Shown here in pieces: positions 10,481-20,154 of a stretch of DNA of 64,000 nt; the first letter of the stretch is position 1; every line of letters starts with the position of its first letter. The stretch comes from Candidatus Poribacteria bacterium (lineage in GTDB: Bacteria; Poribacteria; WGA-4E; WGA-3G): contig OZ251518.1 of NCBI GenBank assembly GCA_965242965.1, forward strand, positions 5,344,001 through 5,408,000, written 5' to 3'. Below the pieces are notes generated by a model that was given only the letters and a program-made list of their open reading frames with translations, searched no databases and was not told the origin of the DNA. Position numbers and translations under genes: made by a program.

Positions 10481-13400
10481 TTACGGCGATGTATCCTCCC
10501 ACACTGTGCCCGTGTCAAAATCAGCTGTGGTGATGAGATATACTTCGCGCAAATCGGGGTGCTGGAGCAAGGCATCCTGGTCTGCATCGAAGTTCACGTC
10601 TAATTGCCGCGCGCCTGCTAACCGCGGATCTGCCAAAATTTCTAGCAACTGCGCCGTATCGTCTATCTCATCGGTGACGTTGCGGAAGACTACCAAACGT
10701 TGTCCGCTTTTGACGACGCGGTAGGTTCGCGCGCTATCGGGCATTGCAAGGGGGCATCGAGACCGGGAGGTCTCTCCTACAAGAGAGGTTTCTCCTACTG
10801 CGAGATCGAAGCGCAGGCGGCGTTCAATCGGAAGCCCTTTAAGATAACAGTAAGACTCCACGATGTCCACAACGCCTTCGGTGTTGTCCTTGCCGTAGGT
10901 GATACGGTTGGAAAACGGTGCGCGCAAATCTAGCATCAGCCGAATCTGCTGCTCCTCCGGCCGATAGAGGTATTTAATAGGAACTTGCGATTGGACATCG
11001 CGCTTAGTTAGCTCGGAATTGTTAACTGGATTGCGAAATTTTGAAGGGGGGGTAAGTGTTAAGTTGTTAAGCACGTCTTCATACTGCTCTAACCGTTGAT
11101 ACTTAACGATGCCGACGGTGCCGTCAATTTCCTGTTTAGGATTCGGTTTTCCGTCGCGCCAATTTTCGGAGAACATGGCGCGGCGGATTCGTTCCTTCAG
11201 CGTGCTCTCAAAATAGTCGCCCATCTCAACGAGGATGAATTTGCGGTTGCCGTTGTCTGCCTTGTTGAGGCGGAGCACGGCGTGGCCGGTGGTGCCGCTG
11301 CCGGCGAAGAAGTCAAGCGTTGTCCCCTTTCCATCGGGTGTGACTGCCCAGACGAGTTTTTCGTATAACCCGACAGGATGGGAATAGGGGAAGTTGAGCC
11401 CCAGGGCATCCATTTTATGTTTGCCTCTCTCACCTGACGCGATGACAGAGGATAATTCACTGATAACATGGTCGCGCAAATAAACTTTTCGTTGAGGAAG
11501 TTTTGTTTCGTCCGGCCCGAAAACAATCAGATTGTTCGTTAACATTTCCTGCATTTTTTCGGGTATTCTACTCCAGCCATTCGCTGGAACGGGACACGGT
11601 TTCTGCGTGATTGGATGAATTAACGGAATGTGGAATTTGGGGTTAGCAAGGTGGCCGGGAGCTTCCATGCCGACCTCCGTATAGACGAGTCCTTCGTCGT
11701 CTATTCGCCAATAAGCCTTTTCTCCACCACTCAAATCGCGTTTGTTCCTCACCCAACTTCTAAATTCTTTGCGGCACGCCTCCGTTGGCCCGCGATGCTT
11801 TTTTACCAACGAAGCTGCCTTGTCGAGAATCAATTGGCGATTAAGGGGTTGCTTTTGAAGTTTTATGCTTCCCTTGGACTGACACACAACAAATTCGTGT
11901 TGCGTGGCTATTGTCTTTGTCCCAAAAACAGGATTTCGCTTATCCCACACGATAGTGCCTTGATTCTGCAGCGGAAGTTGATTGGACAACTGAAACAGAT
12001 TTTCATATTCGTTCTCGTCGATGTGGCACAGGAGACAGCTGCTCTCCGATGCCATCAATTGTTCGGCGAGAGATAGGCGATTTTCCATCATCGTTAACCA
12101 GCTCGCGTGCTGATAATCGTTTTTGTATAGAAAACCGCTCGTGTTGGTGTTGTAAGGCGGATCGATGTGAACGCATTTCACTTTACCGCGATATTTCTCC
12201 ATCAGCAATTCCAACGCTTGGAAGTTCTCGCTGTTGAGAAGCACCCCGGTCGTTTCCGCCTCTAAATTGTCAAACAGCGCGAGCACCCGGTCGGCAAAGT
12301 CCGCGTCAAAATGCCGCGTGTCCAGGGGGAGTGTCGGATATAACCCCTCAAGCAGGGGCAGCTGCTCGGTAATGTCAACGCCGAAGGTGTCCCGCCATTC
12401 TGCGAGTTGGGCATCATTTTCGAGAATCTGCGAGATGAGCGTTTCTCGCTGTGCGGTGTCATTTTTCGTCGCCTCGGCAATTTTCCCAAGCGAGATGAGG
12501 TAGTCTGTCGTAAGCACCTTTTTCTTCATCAGAAAGAGGCTTTTTTGGAATGTCTCCACGGTGACAAGCAGTTTGATGACTTCGTCGGTGACGCTTCGGA
12601 ACGCTTTCGCCACGGCGAACGTTGGGTTTTCGGGACTGAGGTTGAGGAGCGTGTCCAGATCGCCCAAGATGCTGTTCTGGATATAACGGCGTTGCTCAGT
12701 GAACAGGAATTCCCCGAGGTCTTTGTGGATAAAGTAGTCCGAATCCATGCCGACGAAGAACCGGTTCAGGTTTTTATCAAACGCGTGAAAGCGGTGGACG
12801 GTGGGACGCGTCTGGAGTGCCTCTTGCCTGATGGTTTTGTTTCTGCCGAGTTCGCCAAAGTCCGGGTGTTCAACGAGTTTTTTGGCATACTCCTCTAGGC
12901 TCATTCGTAAGGCGCGGATGCCTCGGATTTGGCCGCTCTGCACGTTGGTGGAATTGTCTTGCAGTTCCTTAAAAATTGGTTTTCCCGGTTCCGCGCTTTT
13001 CCGCGAGTGCGCGTAGAGATAGACATCTACGTCTTCTGGTTCGCCGAAAATCTGCGCGTTCATCTCGCGATAGAGCTCTGCCTTCGGCGTTGAGGTTTCT
13101 GCGAGGTGCAGGACAACACCCCAAGTCGGCTCAGTATCATCGGGCTGAGGCGGTTCAATTCTACCGAGGCGATAGTGCTTAAAGTCATCGCGGTTGTTAT
13201 TCTGTGCGATGCCGTGAGTCGGCTTCCCTTCCAGCCGGTATTCAATGCGTTTGCCTTCAATTTCAAAGGCGATGCTATTGAAGCCGGTGGCGGTTTTGAC
13301 GTAGTAACTATCGCGGCATTTCCAGTGGAAGAGGATATCGGTGCCGGTGTAATCCGCCTCGTCGGGGTAATCGACTTGATAGAGCGCGGTGCTTCTGTCG

Positions 13401-13861
13401 TTATAGCCGAAGTCCCCGTCGCGGTAATAGCGTTCAAAGAAGTTGTGGATGTGGTTATAGATGCCTGCGGCGAGTATCTCTTTGAGCGCGCCCGGGTCGG
13501 ATTCTAGCGGCGCGCCCAGGTCTTCGCGCTGTTTATAGGCGAGGAAACTGATGAGTTGTTGGCGATTGTCGGCGATATCGTTCAAGTAGCCGTGTTCTCT
13601 TGCGCCGCCTTCTTCCTTAACGAATTGCTTGAGTTCGCCGAGTTGGCTTTCCCAAAGGGTATCCGTGACCTCGGCGAGCGCGTTTTCAACGATGTTTGTC
13701 AATTCGTCGTCAATAAAACGGTTGACTTCGTCGCGCTTGAGTTTGAGGATGCGGAAGATGCCGAAATCCAGTTCATTCTGCGCGAAGTGGAACATCTCGC
13801 GGAGTTTGTCGCGTAGCGTGTTCAGTGCTTCGGTTGTGGGGTTCGGTTGTTGCGTTTGCAT
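10481..13861 (-). CDS. Type III RM Mod subunit (N6-adenine DNA methyltransferase), large form
   Basis: ELDFGIFRI N-terminus, SDYFIHKDL, HIDPPYN (motif IV), LDFFAGSGTT (motif I), RKFILVEMG. ATG 13861 lies just after a consensus promoter. Confidence 0.92.
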   Translation of the reverse strand: MQTQQPNPTTEALNTLRDKLREMFHFAQNELDFGIFRILKLKRDEVNRFIDDELTNIVENALAEVTDTLWESQLGELKQFVKEEGGAREHGYLNDIADNRQQLISFLAYKQREDLGAPLESDPGALKEILAAGIYNHIHNFFERYYRDGDFGYNDRSTALYQVDYPDEADYTGTDILFHWKCRDSYYVKTATGFNSIAFEIEGKRIEYRLEGKPTHGIAQNNNRDDFKHYRLGRIEPPQPDDTEPTWGVVLHLAETSTPKAELYREMNAQIFGEPEDVDVYLYAHSRKSAEPGKPIFKELQDNSTNVQSGQIRGIRALRMSLEEYAKKLVEHPDFGELGRNKTIRQEALQTRPTVHRFHAFDKNLNRFFVGMDSDYFIHKDLGEFLFTEQRRYIQNSILGDLDTLLNLSPENPTFAVAKAFRSVTDEVIKLLVTVETFQKSLFLMKKKVLTTDYLISLGKIAEATKNDTAQRETLISQILENDAQLAEWRDTFGVDITEQLPLLEGLYPTLPLDTRHFDADFADRVLALFDNLEAETTGVLLNSENFQALELLMEKYRGKVKCVHIDPPYNTNTSGFLYKNDYQHASWLTMMENRLSLAEQLMASESSCLLCHIDENEYENLFQLSNQLPLQNQGTIVWDKRNPVFGTKTIATQHEFVVCQSKGSIKLQKQPLNRQLILDKAASLVKKHRGPTEACRKEFRSWVRNKRDLSGGEKAYWRIDDEGLVYTEVGMEAPGHLANPKFHIPLIHPITQKPCPVPANGWSRIPEKMQEMLTNNLIVFGPDETKLPQRKVYLRDHVISELSSVIASGERGKHKMDALGLNFPYSHPVGLYEKLVWAVTPDGKGTTLDFFAGSGTTGHAVLRLNKADNGNRKFILVEMGDYFESTLKERIRRAMFSENWRDGKPNPKQEIDGTVGIVKYQRLEQYEDVLNNLTLTPPSKFRNPVNNSELTKRDVQSQVPIKYLYRPEEQQIRLMLDLRAPFSNRITYGKDNTEGVVDIVESYCYLKGLPIERRLRFDLAVGETSLVGETSRSRCPLAMPDSARTYRVVKSGQRLVVFRNVTDEIDDTAQLLEILADPRLAGARQLDVNFDADQDALLQHPDLREVYLITTADFDTGTVWEDTSP

Positions 13862-13897
13862 GTTTAATAGATTAGCAGATATTGCAAAAATTGTCAA
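13862..13897 (-). promoter_or_regulatory. Sigma70-type promoter giving a probably leaderless mod transcript
   Basis: Minus strand TTGACA-N17-TAATCT-N7-ATG with no SD. Confidence 0.6.
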
Positions 13898-14004
13898 GCG
13901 AACGTTTTTCATCCCGCGGCGAGAAAAATAGTTGCATCTGTCACAGGATTCTGTTATTATATTCTACAAAAGCGCGTTTCTCGGAGATTTAACCTAAAAT
14001 CCAC

Positions 14005-14832
14005 ATGAATTTGCTGTCTTACGATTGGTGTGCCATCGGCTATTTGGCGATAACAGGCGTGCTTATCCTGATTTTCCATAAAAACGTCTGCCGGTGGTAT
14101 CTCTACCTGCTGTTTCGGGGGTGTGTTATCGCGGGAATTTTATCGCTAACCTTTGTCCAAGGGCCGCTGCCATCCCCATGGCAATTTATTCGGGACTGGT
14201 ATCCGTTGTCAACCATTGCGCTCTTCTATTTTGAGATGGGCAAACTGACACAGATGGTGTTTAACCGCTTTTTTGACGATACCGTCATCCGTTGGGAGAA
14301 ACGGGTTTTCAAAGGGATGCCGAGCATTGCGTTGAGTGACAAGTTTCCGTCGTTGCTACTCTCAGAGTATTTGCACTTTTGCTATTTCAGTTATTACGTC
14401 ATCGCCATTTTTTTAGCGGCGTGGCTCTATTTTCAGGGCAAAGCGGTGCCGTTTCAGGAGACAGTCTTCGCCGAGACGTTGACGTTTAACCTGAGCCTGT
14501 TGTGTTATCCGTTGATACCGGCGGCGGGGCCTCGCTACCATTTCGATAAGATTGCGGGGAAGTTGTCCGCTGGTTTTTTCTTCAGACTGACACACGCGAT
14601 TCTCTCGGCAGGTTCGTCGAAAGGCACTGCGTTTCCGAGTTCGCACGTTTCGTTATCGGTTATTGTGCTGCTGTGCGCACTCCGTTATGACACGACAGCC
14701 TTCCTGATTTTACTTCCGCTTTGCACAGGATTGACACTGGGCACCGTCTACTGCAGGTTTCACTATGCAATAGACGCGCTTGCGGGCGCGGGGTTGGCAC
14801 TCCTGATATTTTTCATCACGCTGGTTGTTTAA
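14005..14832 (+). CDS. PAP2-superfamily membrane phosphatase/phosphotransferase
   Basis: Multiple TMs, PAAGPRY, AFPSSHV, RFHYAIDALAG. Confidence 0.88.
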   Translation: MNLLSYDWCAIGYLAITGVLILIFHKNVCRWYLYLLFRGCVIAGILSLTFVQGPLPSPWQFIRDWYPLSTIALFYFEMGKLTQMVFNRFFDDTVIRWEKRVFKGMPSIALSDKFPSLLLSEYLHFCYFSYYVIAIFLAAWLYFQGKAVPFQETVFAETLTFNLSLLCYPLIPAAGPRYHFDKIAGKLSAGFFFRLTHAILSAGSSKGTAFPSSHVSLSVIVLLCALRYDTTAFLILLPLCTGLTLGTVYCRFHYAIDALAGAGLALLIFFITLVV

Positions 14833-14838
14833 ATGGAA

Positions 14839-14867
14839 TTGATTTTCACGTGAAAATGTGATACAAT
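14839..14867 (+). promoter_or_regulatory. Promoter with perfect 16-bp palindromic operator
   Basis: TTGATT-N17-TACAAT (extended TG) enclosing ATTTTCACGTGAAAAT at 14842-14857. Confidence 0.6.
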
Positions 14868-14887
14868 TTAAGGACAAGGAGAAACAG

Positions 14888-16489
14888 ATGAGGAGTTTTG
14901 GTATCCACGGCCGCGTCTATCCCGATGAGCACTATGTCGTTGCCCGCACGGAGGAGCTCGCCGATTTTATCCGCCGAGTTAGAAGGGGTAGATATGTCGT
15001 CCTCTTCGCGCCCCGGCAAACCGGGAAGACGACGTTCTTTCGGTGGGCCCTGGAGGCGTTAGCAGCAGAAGACGAGACTTACTTCCCCATACCGCTCAAT
15101 TTTGAACGGTATGAGGACTGGCCCATCGCCGAATTTTACCGCGACTTTTATGAAAGAATTCGCAAGCAAGTCGGGACTGTTCTCCAGAAACGCGGTATCG
15201 CGCCAACCGAGGCACTCGGACGTTTTTTAGAAAACGGACATCTTGCCGACCGGTTTATGATGGTGGAATTTTTTGAAGAGTTGGGTAGTTTGCTGCCTGG
15301 AAAGCGGGTGATGCTCGTCATTGACGAGTTCGATGGCATCCCGCGCGACGCGGTGCGTGGTTTCCTGCACACACTTCGCGACATCTACCTTTCCGATAGA
15401 GAGTTCCGATGTCCTTTCAGCGTTGGGATTGTCGGGGTTAAGAGTATCACACAACTCAACTATGACAAGACTGTTTCTCCGTTTAATGTGCAAGATGAGT
15501 TTCGCTTGCCGAATTTCACGCTGGCCCAGGTGCAGGAACTCCTCGGGCAATATACGGCGGAAGTCGGGCAAGCATTCGCGCCGGCTGTCATTGAGAATAT
15601 CTACAAGCAAACGGCGGGACAACCGGTGTTGGTGAACCGCCTCGCGCAGCTCCTCACCGAGGAGATGGATATTCCCAAAACCGAGACGATTGGCATGGAG
15701 CACTTCGCCGTGGCGCATCGGCAGTTGCTGCGCGGGCGCAACACGAACATCCAGCATCTCACGGCGAATATCCGCCGCGACCCGAGATTTGAAAGGCGGT
15801 TGATGCAAATCGCGTCGTATGACGAAGCGGTGGACTTCAATCTCGATGATGACATCATCAGTGAACTCGCCACCTACGGTGTGCTCGTGGAGGGTGCTAA
15901 TGGGATGTGTGAGATTGCGAATCCGATTTATCTTTACCGCATCCTGCGCACGTTCCAACCGGCGATGAACGGGGTAGAGAGCGACTATTACCCACAGGAC
16001 ACCGGCACTGGGTATCGCGATTACCTCACGGCGGCCGGGGAGATAGACATGGTGGGGCTGTTGGATAATTTCCGTGACTTCATTGGGCGTGCCGGTTTCC
16101 GTATTCTTCAGGTGCAGGCGAAGCCGCGGGAATATGTCGGGCAGTATCTGCTGTTTGCTTATCTGGACCAGGTTGTGCGGCAGGTGCAGGGTGTCATGCA
16201 TCTGGAGGTGCAAACCGGGCGCGGGCGCATAGATTTGATGATAAATCACCGCAGTCGTAAATACATCGTAGAGACGAAGGTGTGGCAAGGCGAAAAGAGT
16301 TATCGGGCAGGGAAGGAACAACTCGCCGCGTATCTGAAAGTCGAAGGGGCAGTGGCGGGATACTACGTCGTGTTCGATCATCGCGTTGTCCCGGAGCCGC
16401 GTGTGGAGACAGAGACATTGGCGGGTGTGACGATTCGCAGTTATGTCATCCCCGTTGTCTACGAACGCCCATCGGAAAGGAGAAGATAA
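14888..16489 (+). CDS. AAA-type (AAA_35-like) ATPase with C-terminal PD-(D/E)XK nuclease-like domain, paralogue 1
   Basis: APRQTGKTT, VIDEFD, TAGQPVLVN, EVQTGRGRIDL...IVETK..QLAAYL; AAGGAG SD. Confidence 0.85.
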   Translation: MRSFGIHGRVYPDEHYVVARTEELADFIRRVRRGRYVVLFAPRQTGKTTFFRWALEALAAEDETYFPIPLNFERYEDWPIAEFYRDFYERIRKQVGTVLQKRGIAPTEALGRFLENGHLADRFMMVEFFEELGSLLPGKRVMLVIDEFDGIPRDAVRGFLHTLRDIYLSDREFRCPFSVGIVGVKSITQLNYDKTVSPFNVQDEFRLPNFTLAQVQELLGQYTAEVGQAFAPAVIENIYKQTAGQPVLVNRLAQLLTEEMDIPKTETIGMEHFAVAHRQLLRGRNTNIQHLTANIRRDPRFERRLMQIASYDEAVDFNLDDDIISELATYGVLVEGANGMCEIANPIYLYRILRTFQPAMNGVESDYYPQDTGTGYRDYLTAAGEIDMVGLLDNFRDFIGRAGFRILQVQAKPREYVGQYLLFAYLDQVVRQVQGVMHLEVQTGRGRIDLMINHRSRKYIVETKVWQGEKSYRAGKEQLAAYLKVEGAVAGYYVVFDHRVVPEPRVETETLAGVTIRSYVIPVVYERPSERRR

Positions 16490-16502
16490 AAAGGAGGCAC
16501 CG

Positions 16503-18107
16503 ATGAGAACCTTTGGCATCCACGGCCGTGTCTACCCTGAAAAGCACTATGTCGTTGCGCGCGCCGAGGAGCTCGCCGATTTCATCCGCCGGGTTAAAGA
16601 TGGCAAATACATCGTGCTCTTCGCGCCTCGGCAAACCGGAAAAACGACGTTCTTCCGGTGGGCTTTAGAAGCGTTGGCGGCAAAAGACGAAACTTACTTC
16701 CCGGTGCATCTCAATTTTGAGGATTACAAAAATCTTGTTTCTCCTCCCGAATTTTATGCGGGACTTTACGAAGATCTGCGCATGGAAATTGAGAAGGTTT
16801 TTCAAAAGCGGGGCAGTGTGCCATCTGCGGCGTTAACGCAATTTCTGAATGCTACGCGGTTAACCAACCAGCAGGCAATGCGAAGGTTCTTTTGGCGACT
16901 GGCATCCTTTTTAACCCCGCAGCGGGTGGTGCTCATCATTGATGAGTTTGATGGGATTCCCGCCACTGTCGTGAACGATTTTCTGCATGCACTGCGGGCT
17001 ACCTACCTGTCCGATAATCTGGCGCGATGTCCCTATAGTGTCGGCATCGTCGGTGTAAAGAGTATCACGCAGCTCAACTATGACAAGACTGTTTCTCCGT
17101 TTAATGTGCAAGATGAGTTCCGGTTGCCGAATTTCACGCTGTCACAGGTGCAGGAACTCCTGGGGCAGTATACGGCGGAAGTCGGGCAAGCGTTCGCGCC
17201 GGCCGTCGTTGAGAATATCTACAAGCAAACAGCGGGACAACCGGTGCTAGTAAACCGCCTGGCGCAGCTCCTCACCGAGGAGATGGATATTCCCAAAACC
17301 GAGACGATTGGCATGGAGCACTTCGCCGTGGCGCATCGGCAGTTGCTGCGCGGGCGCAACACAAACATCCAACATCTCACGGCGAATATCCGCCGCGACC
17401 CGAGATTTGAAAGGCGGTTGATGCAAATCGCGTCTTATGATGAAGCGGTAGACTTCAACTTGGATGATGACATCATCAGTGAACTCGCCACCTACGGTGT
17501 CCTCGTGGAGGCCCCCAATGGTATGTGTGAGATAGCGAATCCGATTTATCTTTACCGCATTCTGCGCACGTTCCAGCCGGCGATGAACGGGGTAGAGAGC
17601 GACTACTACCCACAGGACATCGGCACTGGGTATCGCGATTACCTCACGGCGGCGGGGCAGATAGACATGGTGGGGCTGTTGGATAACTTCCGTGACTTCA
17701 TTGGGCGCGCCGGTTTCCGTATTCTTCAAGTGCCGGCGAAGCCGCGGGAATATGTTGGGCAGTATCTGCTGTTTGCTTATCTGGACCAGGTTGTGCGGCA
17801 GGTGCAAGGTGTCATGCATCTGGAGGTGCAGACAGGGCGCGGGCGCATCGATTTGATGATAAATCACCGCAACCGGAAATACATCGTAGAGACGAAGGTG
17901 TGGCAAGGCGAAAAGAGTTATCGCGCAGGGAAGGAACAACTCGCCGCATATCTGAAAGTTGAAGGCGCGGCGGCGGGATACTACGTCGTGTTCGATCATC
18001 GCGTTGTCCCAGAGCCGCGCGTGGAGACGGAAACACTAGAGGGTGTGACGATTCGTAGTTATGTCATCCCTGTTGTCCACGAACGCCCATCGGAAACGGG
18101 AACGTAA
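16503..18107 (+). CDS. AAA-type ATPase/PD-(D/E)XK protein, paralogue 2
   Basis: Same motifs; AGGAGG SD; near-identical to paralogue 1 from GIVGVKSITQ onwards. Confidence 0.85.
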   Translation: MRTFGIHGRVYPEKHYVVARAEELADFIRRVKDGKYIVLFAPRQTGKTTFFRWALEALAAKDETYFPVHLNFEDYKNLVSPPEFYAGLYEDLRMEIEKVFQKRGSVPSAALTQFLNATRLTNQQAMRRFFWRLASFLTPQRVVLIIDEFDGIPATVVNDFLHALRATYLSDNLARCPYSVGIVGVKSITQLNYDKTVSPFNVQDEFRLPNFTLSQVQELLGQYTAEVGQAFAPAVVENIYKQTAGQPVLVNRLAQLLTEEMDIPKTETIGMEHFAVAHRQLLRGRNTNIQHLTANIRRDPRFERRLMQIASYDEAVDFNLDDDIISELATYGVLVEAPNGMCEIANPIYLYRILRTFQPAMNGVESDYYPQDIGTGYRDYLTAAGQIDMVGLLDNFRDFIGRAGFRILQVPAKPREYVGQYLLFAYLDQVVRQVQGVMHLEVQTGRGRIDLMINHRNRKYIVETKVWQGEKSYRAGKEQLAAYLKVEGAAAGYYVVFDHRVVPEPRVETETLEGVTIRSYVIPVVHERPSETGT

Positions 18108-18124
18108 AACGGGCAGTTTTCGGC

Positions 18125-18236
18125 AGATTGCGAGGGACAGGCCCTCGCACTACGGGATCTGATTGCGAGAGATTGCGAGGGACAGGCCCTCGCACTACGG
18201 GATCTGATTGCGAGGGACAATCCCTCGCGCTACGGT
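18125..18236 (-). repeat. Tandem REP-like hairpins (GTAG-TGCGAGGGCCTGTCCCTCGCA)
   Basis: GATTGCGAGGGACAGGCCCTCGCACTACGGGATCT x2 plus a degenerate third copy. Confidence 0.9.
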
Positions 18237-18263
18237 ATCCAAGGAGATATCAAGGAACCCATC

Positions 18264-19496
18264 ATGTCCAAAACATTGGCCGTATCGGGCGGTACGCCTG
18301 TGCGGAATCTAGAAACGCATCCGTGGACTTCATGGCCCCTCAACACCGCCGAGGAGTGGGATGCTAAAATTGAGCCGCGGCTCCGGGAAGTCTATCTCAG
18401 CGGGAATGAAGGTTCTGGCGGCACGATGATTGACGCGTTCGGCGAGCAATATGCGTGCTATTCCGGCACCACCTACGCCATTTTCATGCCGCACGGCACC
18501 GATGCTATCAGTGCAGCCTTGGCCGGCGCGATGGATTTAGACGGCTTTAGCGATGGCGGTGAGGTTATCGTGCCGAACTATACCTTCGTTGCAACCGCGA
18601 GTGCTGTCTTGGAACGCCGATGCACCGTCGCTTTTGTCGACATTGACGCGGAGACATTCACTATTTCTGCGAGTGCCGTTGAGGCGGCACTCCAGCCGCA
18701 TACCCGCGCGATTTTGCCTGTCCACCTCGGCGGACACCCGGCAGATATGGGCGCGTTACGCGAGATTGCCCAACGCCACAATTTAGCAATCATTGAAGAT
18801 TGCGCGCAGGCACACGGCGCGGCATATCAGGGCAAAAAAGTCGGTTCACTCGGCGATGTCGGCGCGTTCAGCTTCCAATCCTCCAAAAACCTCACTTCCG
18901 GCGAAGGTGGCATGGTGACTACCGATGATAAAGACATCCGCGACCGCGTCTACGCCTTCATGAATGTCGGCCGTGCACCCGGCGGCGCGAGATGGGAATA
19001 CCCACGACTCGGATGGAATTACCGTCCCTCCGAATACCTCGCTGCCATCTTACAGGTGCGGTTGGAATTGCTGGAATCGCAGACTGATTTGCGCAACCAT
19101 AACGCCGCCTATTTGTCAGACGCGTTGGCGGCAATTTCTGGCATAACGCCGCCGAAACTGGCACCGTGGGTTACCAAGCACGGGTATCATCTCTACTGCC
19201 TCAAGTATGATGCGGAAGGGTTCGGGGGCAAGTCTCGCGCTGAATTTGTCAGGGCACTCTCCGCGGAAGGCGTGCCTTGCTCTATCGGATACCGTTCGCC
19301 GCTCTCACGGGAACCGGGCATGGCGCGCGTTGCAGAGAAATATCCGCATCTCATTCGCACATTGCCCTCGCCGAATACAGAGCGGGTTTGTGAACAGAGC
19401 GTGTGGTTTTTCCAAAACCTCTTTCTCGGTTCCGAGAGGGATATGGATGACATCGTTGCGGCAATCGCCAAAATTCAACGCGCATGGAATGCCTAA
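18264..19496 (+). CDS. DegT/DnrJ/EryC1/StrS PLP aminotransferase
   Basis: EVIVPNYTFVATA, EDCAQAHGA, FSFQSSKNLTSGEGG, GWNYR. Confidence 0.93.
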   Translation: MSKTLAVSGGTPVRNLETHPWTSWPLNTAEEWDAKIEPRLREVYLSGNEGSGGTMIDAFGEQYACYSGTTYAIFMPHGTDAISAALAGAMDLDGFSDGGEVIVPNYTFVATASAVLERRCTVAFVDIDAETFTISASAVEAALQPHTRAILPVHLGGHPADMGALREIAQRHNLAIIEDCAQAHGAAYQGKKVGSLGDVGAFSFQSSKNLTSGEGGMVTTDDKDIRDRVYAFMNVGRAPGGARWEYPRLGWNYRPSEYLAAILQVRLELLESQTDLRNHNAAYLSDALAAISGITPPKLAPWVTKHGYHLYCLKYDAEGFGGKSRAEFVRALSAEGVPCSIGYRSPLSREPGMARVAEKYPHLIRTLPSPNTERVCEQSVWFFQNLFLGSERDMDDIVAAIAKIQRAWNA

Positions 19497-19842
19497 ACCG
19501 CTCCTTGTTTACGATGGAGAGTGCGATTTTTGCCGATACTGCATTGCGCGATGGCGGCACGTTACCGAAGCGAGAATTCGCTACGCGCCTTACCAAGAAG
19601 TCGCCGCGCAGTTTCCGCAGATACCACTATCGGTGTTCCAGAATGCTGTCCAGTTGATTCTGCCTGATGGAACCGTGTTGAGTGGTGCGGCGGCCGTGTT
19701 TCACGCCTTCGGCAACCGACGTATCCTCTGGTGCTACGAAAATGTCCCCGGTTTCGCGCCGATGACGGAAGGAGTCTATCGCTTCGTTGCGCGGCATCGC
19801 GCCTTTTTCTCTAAAGTAACGCGCAAGTTTTGGAAAACATAA
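19489..19842 (+). CDS. DCC-family thiol-disulfide oxidoreductase (DUF393)
   Basis: MPKPLLVYDGECDFC...GAAAVF...YRFVARHR; start overlaps the aminotransferase stop. Confidence 0.85.
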   Translation: MPKPLLVYDGECDFCRYCIARWRHVTEARIRYAPYQEVAAQFPQIPLSVFQNAVQLILPDGTVLSGAAAVFHAFGNRRILWCYENVPGFAPMTEGVYRFVARHRAFFSKVTRKFWKT

Positions 19843-19844
19843 AT

Positions 19845-20079
19845 GAGGGTGTTTCATAAATTTATCCCTTGAGGGGAGGCGCATCGGGCCCACCACTGTA
19901 GTTCGGGATCGCCCGTGGGCGGGCGGTAAAACGGGTCAAGATCAGGCGATCTTGACCTACAGGCCTAGCGCGCGAGCGATGGCGAGGGACAGGCCCTCGC
20001 CCTACGTGAAGGGGCGGCGTTTTTTCACCGTAGCGCGGGGCCTGTCATCGCAACGTTGAGCGATTTATGAAACACCTTC
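19845..20079. mobile_element. MITE-like element: 16-bp TIRs, 8-bp target duplication, REP-hairpin cargo
   Basis: Left GAGGGTGTTTCATAAA, right TTTATGAAACACCTTC (15/16 inverted match), flanked by ACATAAAT at 19837-19844 and 20080-20087. Confidence 0.85.
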
Positions 20080-20154
20080 ACATAAATTCAAGAACGGAGA
20101 TATTCGGAACCACGGAGATATACCCTCTTGAACCAGAAACCCTTATCGAACGAC

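Noticed and set aside
10995-11055. Possible further repeat-derived insert in Mod (PPSKFRNPVNNSELTKRD)
   Set aside because: It is compositionally odd but has no matching copy in this window.
15227-17999. Long antisense ORFs (430 aa and 250 aa)
   Set aside because: They are shadow frames of the AAA paralogues; their mutual similarity simply mirrors the duplication.
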